IMG/VR virus record: IMGVR_UViG_3300049893_002454
Span: 61,546 to 125,545 of that record
DNA: 64,000 bases
Direction: 5' to 3' (one strand)
Origin: a virus
Below are positions 9,905 through 20,000 of the stretch, one piece after another. A program made the translations under genes and the position numbers. The notes beneath the pieces are model-generated. The model did not search any database. It saw only the letters and a program-made list of their open reading frames with translations, and was not told where the DNA came from. Position 1 is the first letter of the stretch. Each line of letters begins with the position of its first letter.

Positions 9905-10825
9905 ATGCCATTATATAATGATGACAGTAATGATAAAGATGTCATTGAGATTTTTGAACAGGACGACTTGCTTGATGAAGCAGTTGAGGTCCTAGAAGAT
10001 ATTGTGCCTGGCGCTGACCTAGTAATAATTGCACCAGACGAAGATGATGATGCTAAGGTAGTTGAAGAGACTCGCGAGCGTGATTGGGTTAATGATGGGG
10101 ATCATAGCCAATTTATTAAATATGTTCGTGAGCGATTAGACGGAATACCACGCCATACCGGACAAACTACAGTGGGCTGTGAACGTGCGATTGCCTACTT
10201 AAAGCGACTCGATAAGGAAATCTCTCGTGCTATTCAGAGTGATGATGATAATGTCATAGATGAAGAAGAGGCTGAGAAGATTCGTGACACAATCATAGAG
10301 TTTGTTTCTAAGCTAGAAGATGCTTATGATACTCTAACGTCCAAGAAAAGATTAAAAAGGAAGGCATCAGTTAAAATAGGAAATCAAGTGATTGCTCGCA
10401 TCAATGATGGTGTGGATATCAAGTACTATGTTTCTGTTGATAATGGCGAAGGTGAGGAATTTCTTCCTGTTTCCATTGCCGAGCCTACAGATGAGCAAGT
10501 CCAGATATTTGCACTAGGTGAGCAGACAAATGACTCTCTAGTAAAAGAGGCTGGCAGTGCAAAGATTTTCCTATTTGAAGATCCGTTCTTGCATGCAATT
10601 ACTAGATTATTGTTAAATTCACATGTTTCTGCTGGTAGGGATATCGAGAAGGTTTATGCTGGTTTAAATAATAAGTATAACTTTACTCCGCGAGAAGAGC
10701 TCAGTATTCAGGAGCTACTATTACAGAAGGGATTTCCAATGTTCAAGGATCTTGGACGTCTAGGTGATAATCAAGACCATTCAACTGGAGAAGGTATAGA
10801 TTTCGGTACTACGTACCATGCATAG
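9905..10825 (+). CDS. acidic hypothetical protein
   Basis: GGAGG RBS; 306-aa ORF in tight operon. Confidence 0.75.
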   Translation: MPLYNDDSNDKDVIEIFEQDDLLDEAVEVLEDIVPGADLVIIAPDEDDDAKVVEETRERDWVNDGDHSQFIKYVRERLDGIPRHTGQTTVGCERAIAYLKRLDKEISRAIQSDDDNVIDEEEAEKIRDTIIEFVSKLEDAYDTLTSKKRLKRKASVKIGNQVIARINDGVDIKYYVSVDNGEGEEFLPVSIAEPTDEQVQIFALGEQTNDSLVKEAGSAKIFLFEDPFLHAITRLLLNSHVSAGRDIEKVYAGLNNKYNFTPREELSIQELLLQKGFPMFKDLGRLGDNQDHSTGEGIDFGTTYHA

Positions 10826-10832
10826 GTGACAT

Positions 10833-11465
10833 ATGAATGATGATTTACTAAAGGCAGTACGTATGCTTGAGCAATTCTCTATTGCTACTACCCGACAAGA
10901 GCATTTTCAAAAATTACGCGACTCAAACAAATCAGAGGTATTTGATAATTTTATCTCTCTAATATCGTCAGAAGATCCTACTATAAATAAAACTACTGGA
11001 AAACAGCATACAGTAGAAAGCATGGTTGCCGAATTACAGGAAAGAGTCGGTTTAGATAGTTTATTAAGAAAACGCTCTAATGATGACTCTATGCAGTTGA
11101 GCCGCAGAGCAAGCATATTGCAAGATACAGAGTCAATTACAAGCGATGAGGAATTAGAAAAAGTATTATCGGAATTCTGCAAGAAATACTTTTTGGCCCG
11201 TGATCACGGCTTATCATCAGCAGAGACTATGCTAGAAGAGCTAAAGTCAGCTCAGAACGGGATGCGCCTAATTGAAACATTCGGCCGCCAAAAGATTTAT
11301 GATTTATTGCATAAAATTGCTGACGAATATCCTAAAGACAATCCAATGCTAACCATCCCTGACGGTAGTGCTGTTACTATGCCAGCAGCAGATCAGATGT
11401 CATTAAATAAGAGTGAGGTTGCAAATATAGGGTTGGGTGGTCCTTCTAGCGCAACTACGCGTTAG
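10833..11465 (+). CDS. hypothetical protein upstream of terminase
   Basis: AGGTG RBS; 210-aa ORF. Confidence 0.7.
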   Translation: MNDDLLKAVRMLEQFSIATTRQEHFQKLRDSNKSEVFDNFISLISSEDPTINKTTGKQHTVESMVAELQERVGLDSLLRKRSNDDSMQLSRRASILQDTESITSDEELEKVLSEFCKKYFLARDHGLSSAETMLEELKSAQNGMRLIETFGRQKIYDLLHKIADEYPKDNPMLTIPDGSAVTMPAADQMSLNKSEVANIGLGGPSSATTR

Positions 11466-11473
11466 GAGGATAG

Positions 11474-13336
11474 GTGGCAGTGTCAGCAAATAACGAGATT
11501 ACTCTAAAACTCTTTAATAAGATCAAGAGCGAAATTTCCGTTCTTGATCCAGTTTCTTTTGCAGAAAATAATCTCACTGTAGATGGAAAACCTTTTCGTA
11601 TGAGCGGAACCGGTTGGAAATTTATGGCCGATTTGTATCGTGAGGTAGCCGCACAAGCGTCGAATAAAAATGCCAAGCCAATGGTAATTTTGAAGGGAAG
11701 GCAGATAGGCGCCACTATACTTGCAGCTGTTTTATCATTATATTTTACTGCTTCAGGGCTATACGGCACTGGCCCGGATAGACCTCCTATGCGAGTATTG
11801 CATGTTTTTCCTACGCTAGGATTAATGTCTAAATATGCCAAAGACAAATTAGGCCCAATGGTTGCTGGATCTCAAGGTGGCTATATTAGCAGTCGATTGC
11901 TGAAAAATGATCCAAATGCAGTTAAAGTAGCTGGTACTGATGAGGCTATCGCAGAAAAGACCTTTTATGGGTATAACAAGCTTCGTATAGACGCCACTGG
12001 TGCTGATGGGGACCGTATCCGTGGTCTTTCGCAAGACGTTATCTTCATAGATGAGGCTCAGGATGTCAGTAAAAAGGCCATCGAAACTGCTGGTCCGATC
12101 CTAACATCATCACAGTATGGAGCCCCGACCAAAGGTATACAGTTATATTTTGGGACTCCTAAAGGTACTGGCTCGCACTTCTATAACATATGGCAGAAGT
12201 CAGATCAGCGATTTTATCAACTAAAGTGTGTCGGATGTAATCACTTCTTTTTCCTATACACTATGGGCAGTGACTCATGGAAGCAAGTTTGGGTATCAGG
12301 GCATGATGTACGTTGTCCGGAGTGTGGCACATTACAGAAGAAAGCCGATGCTATTGAAGGTGGCAGATGGGTTCCTACAAAGCTAGGTGATACGCAATAT
12401 ATTGGATACCATGTAAGTGTACTGCTGCATCCATGGTTTACTAAAGAAAATATTTTAGACTTAGATCCTGCAGTCAATCCAGATCGGCGAGAGGTGGCTT
12501 GGAGAAATGAGACTCTTGGTGAGTTCTATAGCGGCGGCGGCCTCACTATATCAGTAGATGATATTCGTGAAAACTGTTTTGATACCACCAGAGGCTTAGC
12601 CAAGACAATTCTTGACCGTGGTGATAAAACTATTGTTATGGGAGTTGACTGGGGCGGCAAGGATTTGGTTGGTCCGGGTGGCGATGAGGATGATATTTCT
12701 GTAGATAGCAAATCAGATGCCGGACAATCATATACAGCAGTAGTTATTATGAGTGTAGATAAGAGCGGTGTCTTTACAATCGAAAATGCATATAGATTAA
12801 AGCGCAATGATTTTGAATATAAGGTAAATATTATTTCAGAAATGTATCGCATATTCAAGGTGCAGAATGGGGCAGCTGATATAGGGTACGGTCAGGATAT
12901 AGTACAACATATGCAGGGTCCTATGGGATTTGGGGAGCGATTCCTAGGCTGCATCAATAGCGGCACAATCAATAGTACTATATCATATAAACCAAAAGAG
13001 CTGCGTGTAGTCCTTAATAAAGATGCTTTAATAGAAGAAGTGTTCTCTATGGTGCGCAAGGGTAAAATTAGATTTCCTGTGCACGGTGAGTCCTATGATC
13101 GGATCGATTGGCTTATACAGCATTTTACCTCTATGGAGGTAAAGAAGGTTATCAAAAATGATAATGTATATAATAGATATGTGAAGGGTGCCGTACAGAA
13201 TGACGGTCTAATGGCTACAATATATGCCCTTATTGCATATAAATTCCTAGCTACCAGTGGCTTTAAGGGAAGTGATTCTAAAGTCAAGGGAAAGGGCGCA
13301 CCCAGACCAATTCTCGCGTATTTGCCTAAAATATAG
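11474..13336 (+). CDS. terL: terminase large subunit (GpA-like)
   Basis: Walker A-like KGRQIGAT, Walker B IFIDEAQD, GTPK coupling motif, CxxC...CxxC, RNase H-like GVDWG / ADIGYG / NDGLMA; GGAGG RBS. Confidence 0.92.
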   Translation: MAVSANNEITLKLFNKIKSEISVLDPVSFAENNLTVDGKPFRMSGTGWKFMADLYREVAAQASNKNAKPMVILKGRQIGATILAAVLSLYFTASGLYGTGPDRPPMRVLHVFPTLGLMSKYAKDKLGPMVAGSQGGYISSRLLKNDPNAVKVAGTDEAIAEKTFYGYNKLRIDATGADGDRIRGLSQDVIFIDEAQDVSKKAIETAGPILTSSQYGAPTKGIQLYFGTPKGTGSHFYNIWQKSDQRFYQLKCVGCNHFFFLYTMGSDSWKQVWVSGHDVRCPECGTLQKKADAIEGGRWVPTKLGDTQYIGYHVSVLLHPWFTKENILDLDPAVNPDRREVAWRNETLGEFYSGGGLTISVDDIRENCFDTTRGLAKTILDRGDKTIVMGVDWGGKDLVGPGGDEDDISVDSKSDAGQSYTAVVIMSVDKSGVFTIENAYRLKRNDFEYKVNIISEMYRIFKVQNGAADIGYGQDIVQHMQGPMGFGERFLGCINSGTINSTISYKPKELRVVLNKDALIEEVFSMVRKGKIRFPVHGESYDRIDWLIQHFTSMEVKKVIKNDNVYNRYVKGAVQNDGLMATIYALIAYKFLATSGFKGSDSKVKGKGAPRPILAYLPKI

Positions 13337-13349
13337 GAGTAGATTTATA

Positions 13350-15230
13350 ATGAAGAAAGATTACCACGATCAAATAAGCAGAGCTGAAGAGCAGGCTAAG
13401 AGATGGTCCGTTCCAGACTCTAGACAAAATGTTCTAGATCAAATGTATTACAATCAAGTGCAACGCCAATTAGGTATTCCTACTGATAGAATGCCTAAAA
13501 CTTTTTTGCAAAAAAATGCTATTGCATCTACTGGATTAAATTCACTGAGTAGTGAACGTAGAGAATATTTACAGGAATTAAATGATCGTGCAGAGGAGCA
13601 TCCCAGACCAAATCTTGCATTAGCTGCTGGAATACGCAAGAATGCATCAGTTAGTACTGGCGGGCTCGGCGGAACGCCAAATACTTCACATATAGGTCCA
13701 GAGCCATTTTCGCCACTGTTTCTTACACAAAATATGCAATTACCGAGAGATCGTATTACGATGAATGCGTGGAATAGAGCATATTTTGAAACAAATCCTA
13801 TTGTAAGAAATGCTATAACGCTACATGCAACATATCCAATATCAAAGCTACAGATCAGATGTGATGATAAGAATGTAGAAAAGTTCTTTTTTGATATGTG
13901 CGATAGAATCGATTTAGAGAATGTGGTCCAGCAAGCTGCGATGGAATTCTGGAAGCTAGGAGAATGTTTCGTGTATGCGTCATTTGATGAGTCCACTAGA
14001 TCATGGGATCAGCTATATCTTCACAATCCAGACTATATTCAAGTTGATGCTTCTCCGCTATCACCAAAAAATACAGTTATTCTATTAAGACCGGATGATG
14101 CATTGAGAAAGATCGTCTCCTCGGCCGACAGTCAATATGCGCGTCTGCGAGAGCAGCTCGACCCACGTATTGTTAATCATGTAATTAGAAATGAGATGAT
14201 TCCACTAGATTCATTTAATATTAGTCACCTAAAGATGCTAAACTCTCCATATGACTTGCGCGGAACATCTATTATCGTAAGCATATGGAAAGATCTTATG
14301 TTGTATGATAAGTATCGCGAGTGTAAATTTATTCAAGCCGACAGCATGGTGAATCCTCTTACATTAGTAAAGCTTGGCACTGATGGGGCGGAAGGATTTT
14401 ACCCCAGACAAGAAGAGATTGATAATTGGCGTTCTATTATGGAACAAGCTCAGTTTGATCGAGATTTTAAAATTATAACTCATGGTTCTGTAGCTATAGA
14501 GCGGGTTGGTTCTGCAGGGCATACTCTCGATACTGCGGCCGATATCAATCAGATTATGGACAATCTTTATACCGGACTGCAAGTACCAAAGTCTCTCTTA
14601 ACTCAAGAAGGTGCATCATATGCTACTGCCTCTGTAGCACTTGATGTGATGAGGCAGAGATATAATAGTTTTAGAACTATGATCTCAAATTGGTTAGAGC
14701 GAAAAATCTTTGCGCCAATATCTGAGGCGCAGGGTTTTTATGATATCGTCGGACAAGAAAAGCGACTAATCATACCTAAAGTTGAATGGAATCACATGAC
14801 GCTCTATGATCTCGATAATTACATAGCGCATCTGGCAACTCTTGTAGAAAAGAACCGTGTATCAGTAAGAACACTAGATCGCAGCCTGGGACTTAGCCGA
14901 AAAAACGAATTGGCAAACATTCGCCAAGAAATGATTGAAGCAGCAATCGTAGCTAAGGAACAAGAGAATTTGTCAAAGATGACATTGTCTCAGCTTAAGA
15001 GCTTAAACCCAACTGAGCCTATACCGGAACCAACAGATAATGGTTCCGGCGGGGCCGGCGGAATGATGGGAGGCCTACCGGGCGTGCCACCACCGTTACC
15101 GGGAGGGGATATGGGCTCACTTGGCCCTCCACCTATTGGTGGTATGGACTTAAATGCTCCGGCCCCAGCACCAATCGAACCTCCAGGAGGCATGCCTGGA
15201 GCCCCAACTCCGCCTGGACCATCAATGTGA
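13350..15230 (+). CDS. portal protein
   Basis: Directly follows terL; YFETNPIVRNAITLH, EFWKLGECF, HLKMLNSPYDLRGTS and LQVPKSLL are portal-like; Pro/Gly-rich tail; AGGAG RBS before ATG 13350. Confidence 0.85.
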   Translation: MKKDYHDQISRAEEQAKRWSVPDSRQNVLDQMYYNQVQRQLGIPTDRMPKTFLQKNAIASTGLNSLSSERREYLQELNDRAEEHPRPNLALAAGIRKNASVSTGGLGGTPNTSHIGPEPFSPLFLTQNMQLPRDRITMNAWNRAYFETNPIVRNAITLHATYPISKLQIRCDDKNVEKFFFDMCDRIDLENVVQQAAMEFWKLGECFVYASFDESTRSWDQLYLHNPDYIQVDASPLSPKNTVILLRPDDALRKIVSSADSQYARLREQLDPRIVNHVIRNEMIPLDSFNISHLKMLNSPYDLRGTSIIVSIWKDLMLYDKYRECKFIQADSMVNPLTLVKLGTDGAEGFYPRQEEIDNWRSIMEQAQFDRDFKIITHGSVAIERVGSAGHTLDTAADINQIMDNLYTGLQVPKSLLTQEGASYATASVALDVMRQRYNSFRTMISNWLERKIFAPISEAQGFYDIVGQEKRLIIPKVEWNHMTLYDLDNYIAHLATLVEKNRVSVRTLDRSLGLSRKNELANIRQEMIEAAIVAKEQENLSKMTLSQLKSLNPTEPIPEPTDNGSGGAGGMMGGLPGVPPPLPGGDMGSLGPPPIGGMDLNAPAPAPIEPPGGMPGAPTPPGPSM

Positions 15231-15233
15231 TGT

Positions 15234-15572
15234 ATGAGAATACCTAATGATATACGCAATATTTCATTTAAGACATATCACGGTATAGGCAATGCTCTAG
15301 ATTTTATTTGGCATACTTGTTGTGGCCGTCATGGCGATATTAAGCAGGCGGGTAAATATATAGATATTCTCTCCGGGTGGCGTCTAACTATTAATAAAAT
15401 GCGTATATATAGCTCACCCGAATTATCTCTCGCTGAGAGATTAAATTATAGTAGAGCTTGCAAAGATATAGATTCATTATTATTTAGGCTGAGCAGAATA
15501 TCCGGTGCTCTACCGAAAAAGGTGACCGATGCTATTGAGTCGACGAGCGCAGATCCAGATCAAGGGGATTGA
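15234..15572 (+). CDS. hypothetical protein
   Basis: 112-aa ORF right after portal; overlaps next gene by 44 nt. Confidence 0.45.
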   Translation: MRIPNDIRNISFKTYHGIGNALDFIWHTCCGRHGDIKQAGKYIDILSGWRLTINKMRIYSSPELSLAERLNYSRACKDIDSLLFRLSRISGALPKKVTDAIESTSADPDQGD

Positions 15573-16851
15573 AGTATATAGTGCATCTTCTATATATGTG
15601 TTAGCAAAGCGCAAGTATGAAAAGAACTATACTAAGAAGATAAAGACTGATTCTGGCGAAGTGCGTATATATGATGACGCTCATATAGCAAAGCGATGGG
15701 AGAAGAAGGTAGGGCAAATCAGTGCCCTCAAAAAGAATTTACCAAAGCTACAGCATAAGTATCGTGCAGATCTCAAGTCAGATGATCTTAAAATTCGTAC
15801 TATAGCAGCAATAGTAGCTATCTTAGATCTTACTGCAATGCGCATAGGGAATGACGGCTCAGTTGAAGATTTTGGGACATTTGGAGCCACTACTCTCAAA
15901 AAGAAGCATATAAAGATCAGTGGTAATACTGTTAAGTTCAATTTTCTAGGAAAGAAGAAGGTAGATCAGACATTTTCATTTACTGATGCTGGCGTTGCTA
16001 AAGTATTGAAGGAATTATTGAAGGGCAAATCCAACAATGATTTCGTTTTTGAATATGAAGATGGAAAGCGTATCCGCGCCAAAGTAGTTAATCGTTATCT
16101 GGCCGCTTTCAATATCACAGCTAAAGACCTTAGAGGCTTTCACGCTAATCAACTAATGCGCGATGAATTAAAGCATACTAAAGATTTCGAAAAAGCTCTA
16201 GAGCAAGTGTCAGATAGGGTGGGTCACGAGCCAAAGACGTTAATGAACCAATATCTAGATCCTGCATTAGTTAAGCGGTATAAAAAGGCTGCGCTTAGCC
16301 TTGCCGATTATATAAATTCAGAACTTTCAAGTATACTACAGAAACAGCCAAAATCAATGGCTCCATTATCGACAAAACCTAAGTCTAGTGCTCCAGGCAA
16401 GTCGACTCCATTACGTCCAGGAGAGCAGCTGGCAGGTGGGCAGAAGATTACTTCACCATATGGTATGCGCACTCATCCGCGCACAAAGAAAAGGGTTCAT
16501 CATGACGGCGTAGATCTACGCGCAGCAAAGAACACTGAAATCTTAGCTTATGATGATGGCATAGCTGTATTCGCCGGTAGAGGTAATGCTTATAGTGGAA
16601 ATATGGTGACTATTTTACATGGTCCGGATCAAAGGCTTGCAACTAAGTATCTTCATTTGAATAAAGTTCTGGTGTCTCCGGGAGCAAGTGTAAGCAAAGG
16701 TCAGGTTATAGGTCTTGCTGGTTCCACTGGTAGAGTTACGGGAGCGCACCTTCATTTTGTTATGGAATATGATTCGCAGGTCATAGACCCAACCCCATAC
16801 TTAAAAGATCGTACTGTAGTAGGAGCAATGCATGCCAGGGAAGCTGTCTAA
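15529..16851 (+). CDS. DNA topoisomerase IB fused to C-terminal M23 metallopeptidase
   Basis: TopIB catalytic set: MRIGN, GKKKV, KDLRGFHAN, VGH....NQY; M23: HDGVDL, GN.V.ILH, YLHL, TGRVTGAHLHF. Confidence 0.9.
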   Translation: MLLSRRAQIQIKGIEVYSASSIYVLAKRKYEKNYTKKIKTDSGEVRIYDDAHIAKRWEKKVGQISALKKNLPKLQHKYRADLKSDDLKIRTIAAIVAILDLTAMRIGNDGSVEDFGTFGATTLKKKHIKISGNTVKFNFLGKKKVDQTFSFTDAGVAKVLKELLKGKSNNDFVFEYEDGKRIRAKVVNRYLAAFNITAKDLRGFHANQLMRDELKHTKDFEKALEQVSDRVGHEPKTLMNQYLDPALVKRYKKAALSLADYINSELSSILQKQPKSMAPLSTKPKSSAPGKSTPLRPGEQLAGGQKITSPYGMRTHPRTKKRVHHDGVDLRAAKNTEILAYDDGIAVFAGRGNAYSGNMVTILHGPDQRLATKYLHLNKVLVSPGASVSKGQVIGLAGSTGRVTGAHLHFVMEYDSQVIDPTPYLKDRTVVGAMHAREAV

Positions 16852-17077
16852 GACCGATGAAAAGAAATGGCGTAAAGCCAAGCACATTGTACGTAAACAG
16901 AAGGGTTCTAAGCAATCTAAATTCACTGATCGCGACTGGGGTCTAGTTACTCACATATTTAAGAAACAGAAGAAAGCCGCAATAGTAGATGCGCTGTATG
17001 TAATTGCAACAGCATTTGATGCTATAGATGATACCCTGTCAGCAAATTGTATTGATGATATTTTGGAGAATATATGA
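16832..17077 (+). CDS. small basic protein with C-terminal hairpin motif (ChaB-like N-terminus, tentative)
   Basis: AGGAG RBS; DEKKWRKAK...DWGLVTHIFKK; IATAFDAIDDTLSANCID. Confidence 0.65.
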   Translation: MPGKLSKTDEKKWRKAKHIVRKQKGSKQSKFTDRDWGLVTHIFKKQKKAAIVDALYVIATAFDAIDDTLSANCIDDILENI

Positions 17078-20000
17078 AATATAGCAGCATTGTTAGTGAC
17101 CTGATCCGACGATTCTCATCCCTAGATATTATAATAGAGCCAGAAGAGAGTGCTGTACGCGAAGCTGTGAATAAGCTAATTGGATCAAATCCAAAGTATT
17201 TCGAAGGCGTTAAGAAAGTTGTCGTAGAGCATGACGTTCCACATTCTCCATATTTAGGAAAGTCTACTGGAGAGGGTATTATCTATATTTCATTAGATGC
17301 GATAAGAAATCAGCTCAAATCTCAAGGCGAAGAGCACAATCAGCAGGCTTTTATTCATGAACTGGTTAAGACTCTTGGACATGAGGTGGCTCATATCCGT
17401 GGCGGCATGGAGCACACTGAAGGGCCATCGGAAGTCGAAGAGCAAGTCTTAGAACAGAAGTTTCCAATGCCAGCATTAAAACGAGAGGCTGCTGACTTAA
17501 CAGACAAGCAGAGGAGAGCTATAGTACTGCAGAAAGAGATCGCTGCACTACAGGGGCAATTAAACCAGATTCAGACGGTATGGAAGCAACTTACTAAGCC
17601 AGGTATCAAGGTAGACCCCGCGCGCGAAGTTCATTTTAAAGCAGAACAGGATAGAATTAATAATGAAATAACTGCCAGGCGCTCAGAAATAGAATCTCTT
17701 GAAAAATTGGAACAAGCAGTTACCAAAGAAACGATATCTGATGAGAAGGCGGCTCCTAAATCACCAGCAGTTACAAATGTTAATGATCTGGCTAGATATG
17801 GCCCGCTATTTAAAGATTTAGCTGCATCACTAGGCAGCGCATTATCTGGTCTAGTAAAGCTATATCAGCTCTTAAATGGAGCTCCGGATTTCGTCAAAGG
17901 AGAGGGTAAGATTTTACCAAGGATGAAAGAAGTAATCTCTTCCACGGACGCTTTATATAAAAAGATGTCATCGCGTATACAGGCTCATACGGATGCACCT
18001 CATCTTCTTAAAGAATTAGCATTGGAAATATTATTTGAAGAAACTAGCGAATCGCTACTTGATACTGGTGATTTCCTAACATCAGAACAGGATTTTATTA
18101 CACCGCTGACGAATCAAGGAGTGGAATCAGATTTTTATAAAAATGCCATTGCTCCTTTAGTTAATGAAATACTAGCATCAATAACTAGAGCTGCTGCAGT
18201 TGTTGGTTCAGAGCATAAATCAATTCTTCAGATTCCAGAGTTGTCTACTTCCAAGTTGCCATCGGCACAAAAGAATATAGGTAAACCTCAGCGAGAGACA
18301 AAATCTCACGGCGAGCGCACGCTCTCTACAATACGAGAAGATTATCTTAATGAATTTAGTGGATTGACTGATAAATTAGAGGGGGCTCGGCGCCTTTGGA
18401 AGAATACTGCGGACCAGTCAAAATTAGCCCCGCTTTTAACAAGGAAGGACCAGCTTGAGGCTGAGTTGCAAATAGCTAAGCAAGAGTTGTCCGATGCATT
18501 TGCTGATGTAACCGCGCTTAGTGGCACTCCACGAACAAAGGAGCAGGCGGCAAAACAAAGAGCCTCTAGCGAACGATATCAGATGGCGAAGAGACGCGTA
18601 AAAGATGCTGAGGATGAACTCAGCGCACTAAAGACCAAGATATCATCTCTATATGACACTAGCGCTGTAAATGCAGATGACCTAATTGCTGCTATAGCGC
18701 CTTATTCTAACGTTGCTAGCGTAGAGGCAAGACTAAAGACTGTTTCTGAAAAACTAGAGCAGTTTAAGCTACTTGATGAATATAAGCGCCAACTTACCGA
18801 GCGACGCGAAGAACTGCTATCAAAGTCCAAGGAATTAGGCGAGGGCAATCCAGATGTCAAAGCACTGACTGCTCTTGTTGAAGTTAGCCTCCCTAAACAG
18901 ATAGCTGAGATAGAGGGTGACTTGGGAGCATCTTCTTCCCCAAAATCACGTGAAAAAGATCCTAATGAAAAACGTATAAGGGATGATATTAAGGCGAATA
19001 CTAAATTACTTAATTCACCATTGGTACGATCTATTTTTGATAAGCTTATGCCAGATATGGCTAGTGGCGGAGATCTTCGTACACAAAAGAAAAATCTTGA
19101 GAGAAAAATCAAGGTTCGTACACAAGATGTTGCTCCTGAAACTGATTATGATGAGCTGAAGGGAGTATTACCAGCCGATGTAGAAATTTCTACATGGCAG
19201 TCCCAGATAGCAGATGTCGATAGGGATATTAAATACAGAAAGCGTACTGAGATAATAGACTATATTGGTCGTTTAGGTCAGGCATTGTCTGCAATTGTTC
19301 AGCGAGCTGCTGGTAAATCCGATGTGGCTATTCCTACAGATATATTAGGCAAGTCATTACGCCTCGGCAAATACATTGGTGCTGATGGCAATGCTAAGAT
19401 TATCAGAGACTTAGAAAGCGTCGTAAACGCAAATATGAAGGCTGTTGGACCTATAGAGGCAGAATTAGGTAAGTTGCGCGATGAACTTGCTAATATCAAA
19501 CGCTCACCAAAAAAAGACGAAGTTAAAGCTGAGCGACTAAAGGCTAAGTATAAGTACCTTTCTGAGCAACCGGCTTTCAAGAAACTTAGATCAGATATCT
19601 CTTCGACAATAGAGAGACTAGTACAACATACTAGTCCAATTGTCACAGAGGAGGTATCTCAGCCAAAGATAGTTACTGAGAGAGAGGATGCTCCTGATAT
19701 TTCTGATAAACTACGTCGCAGGCGCGAAAAAGAGGAGCGGAATATCGCTAAGGAGTTTGGTTGGAAAACTGAGCTGCCTTCTCAGGAAGAATCAACTAAA
19801 TTTCCCGAATACGACGAGCGATCTAAGGCTGTTTCTAGACAATGGGAAGCACCGGAGCCGCTGGGCAAGTCTACACTAACAAATGCTATAAAGCAGGATA
19901 TAGAACGAGGTTTGATCGATCCGACAAAAATTCCTTCAGATGTACGCAAGCAGTTGTTAACTCAACTTCACGCCACCTCGGGAGAGTTGCGTTCAATAAA

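Noticed and set aside
11474-13336. Intein in terminase
   Set aside because: Length is normal; no C/S...HN splice motifs or embedded endonuclease
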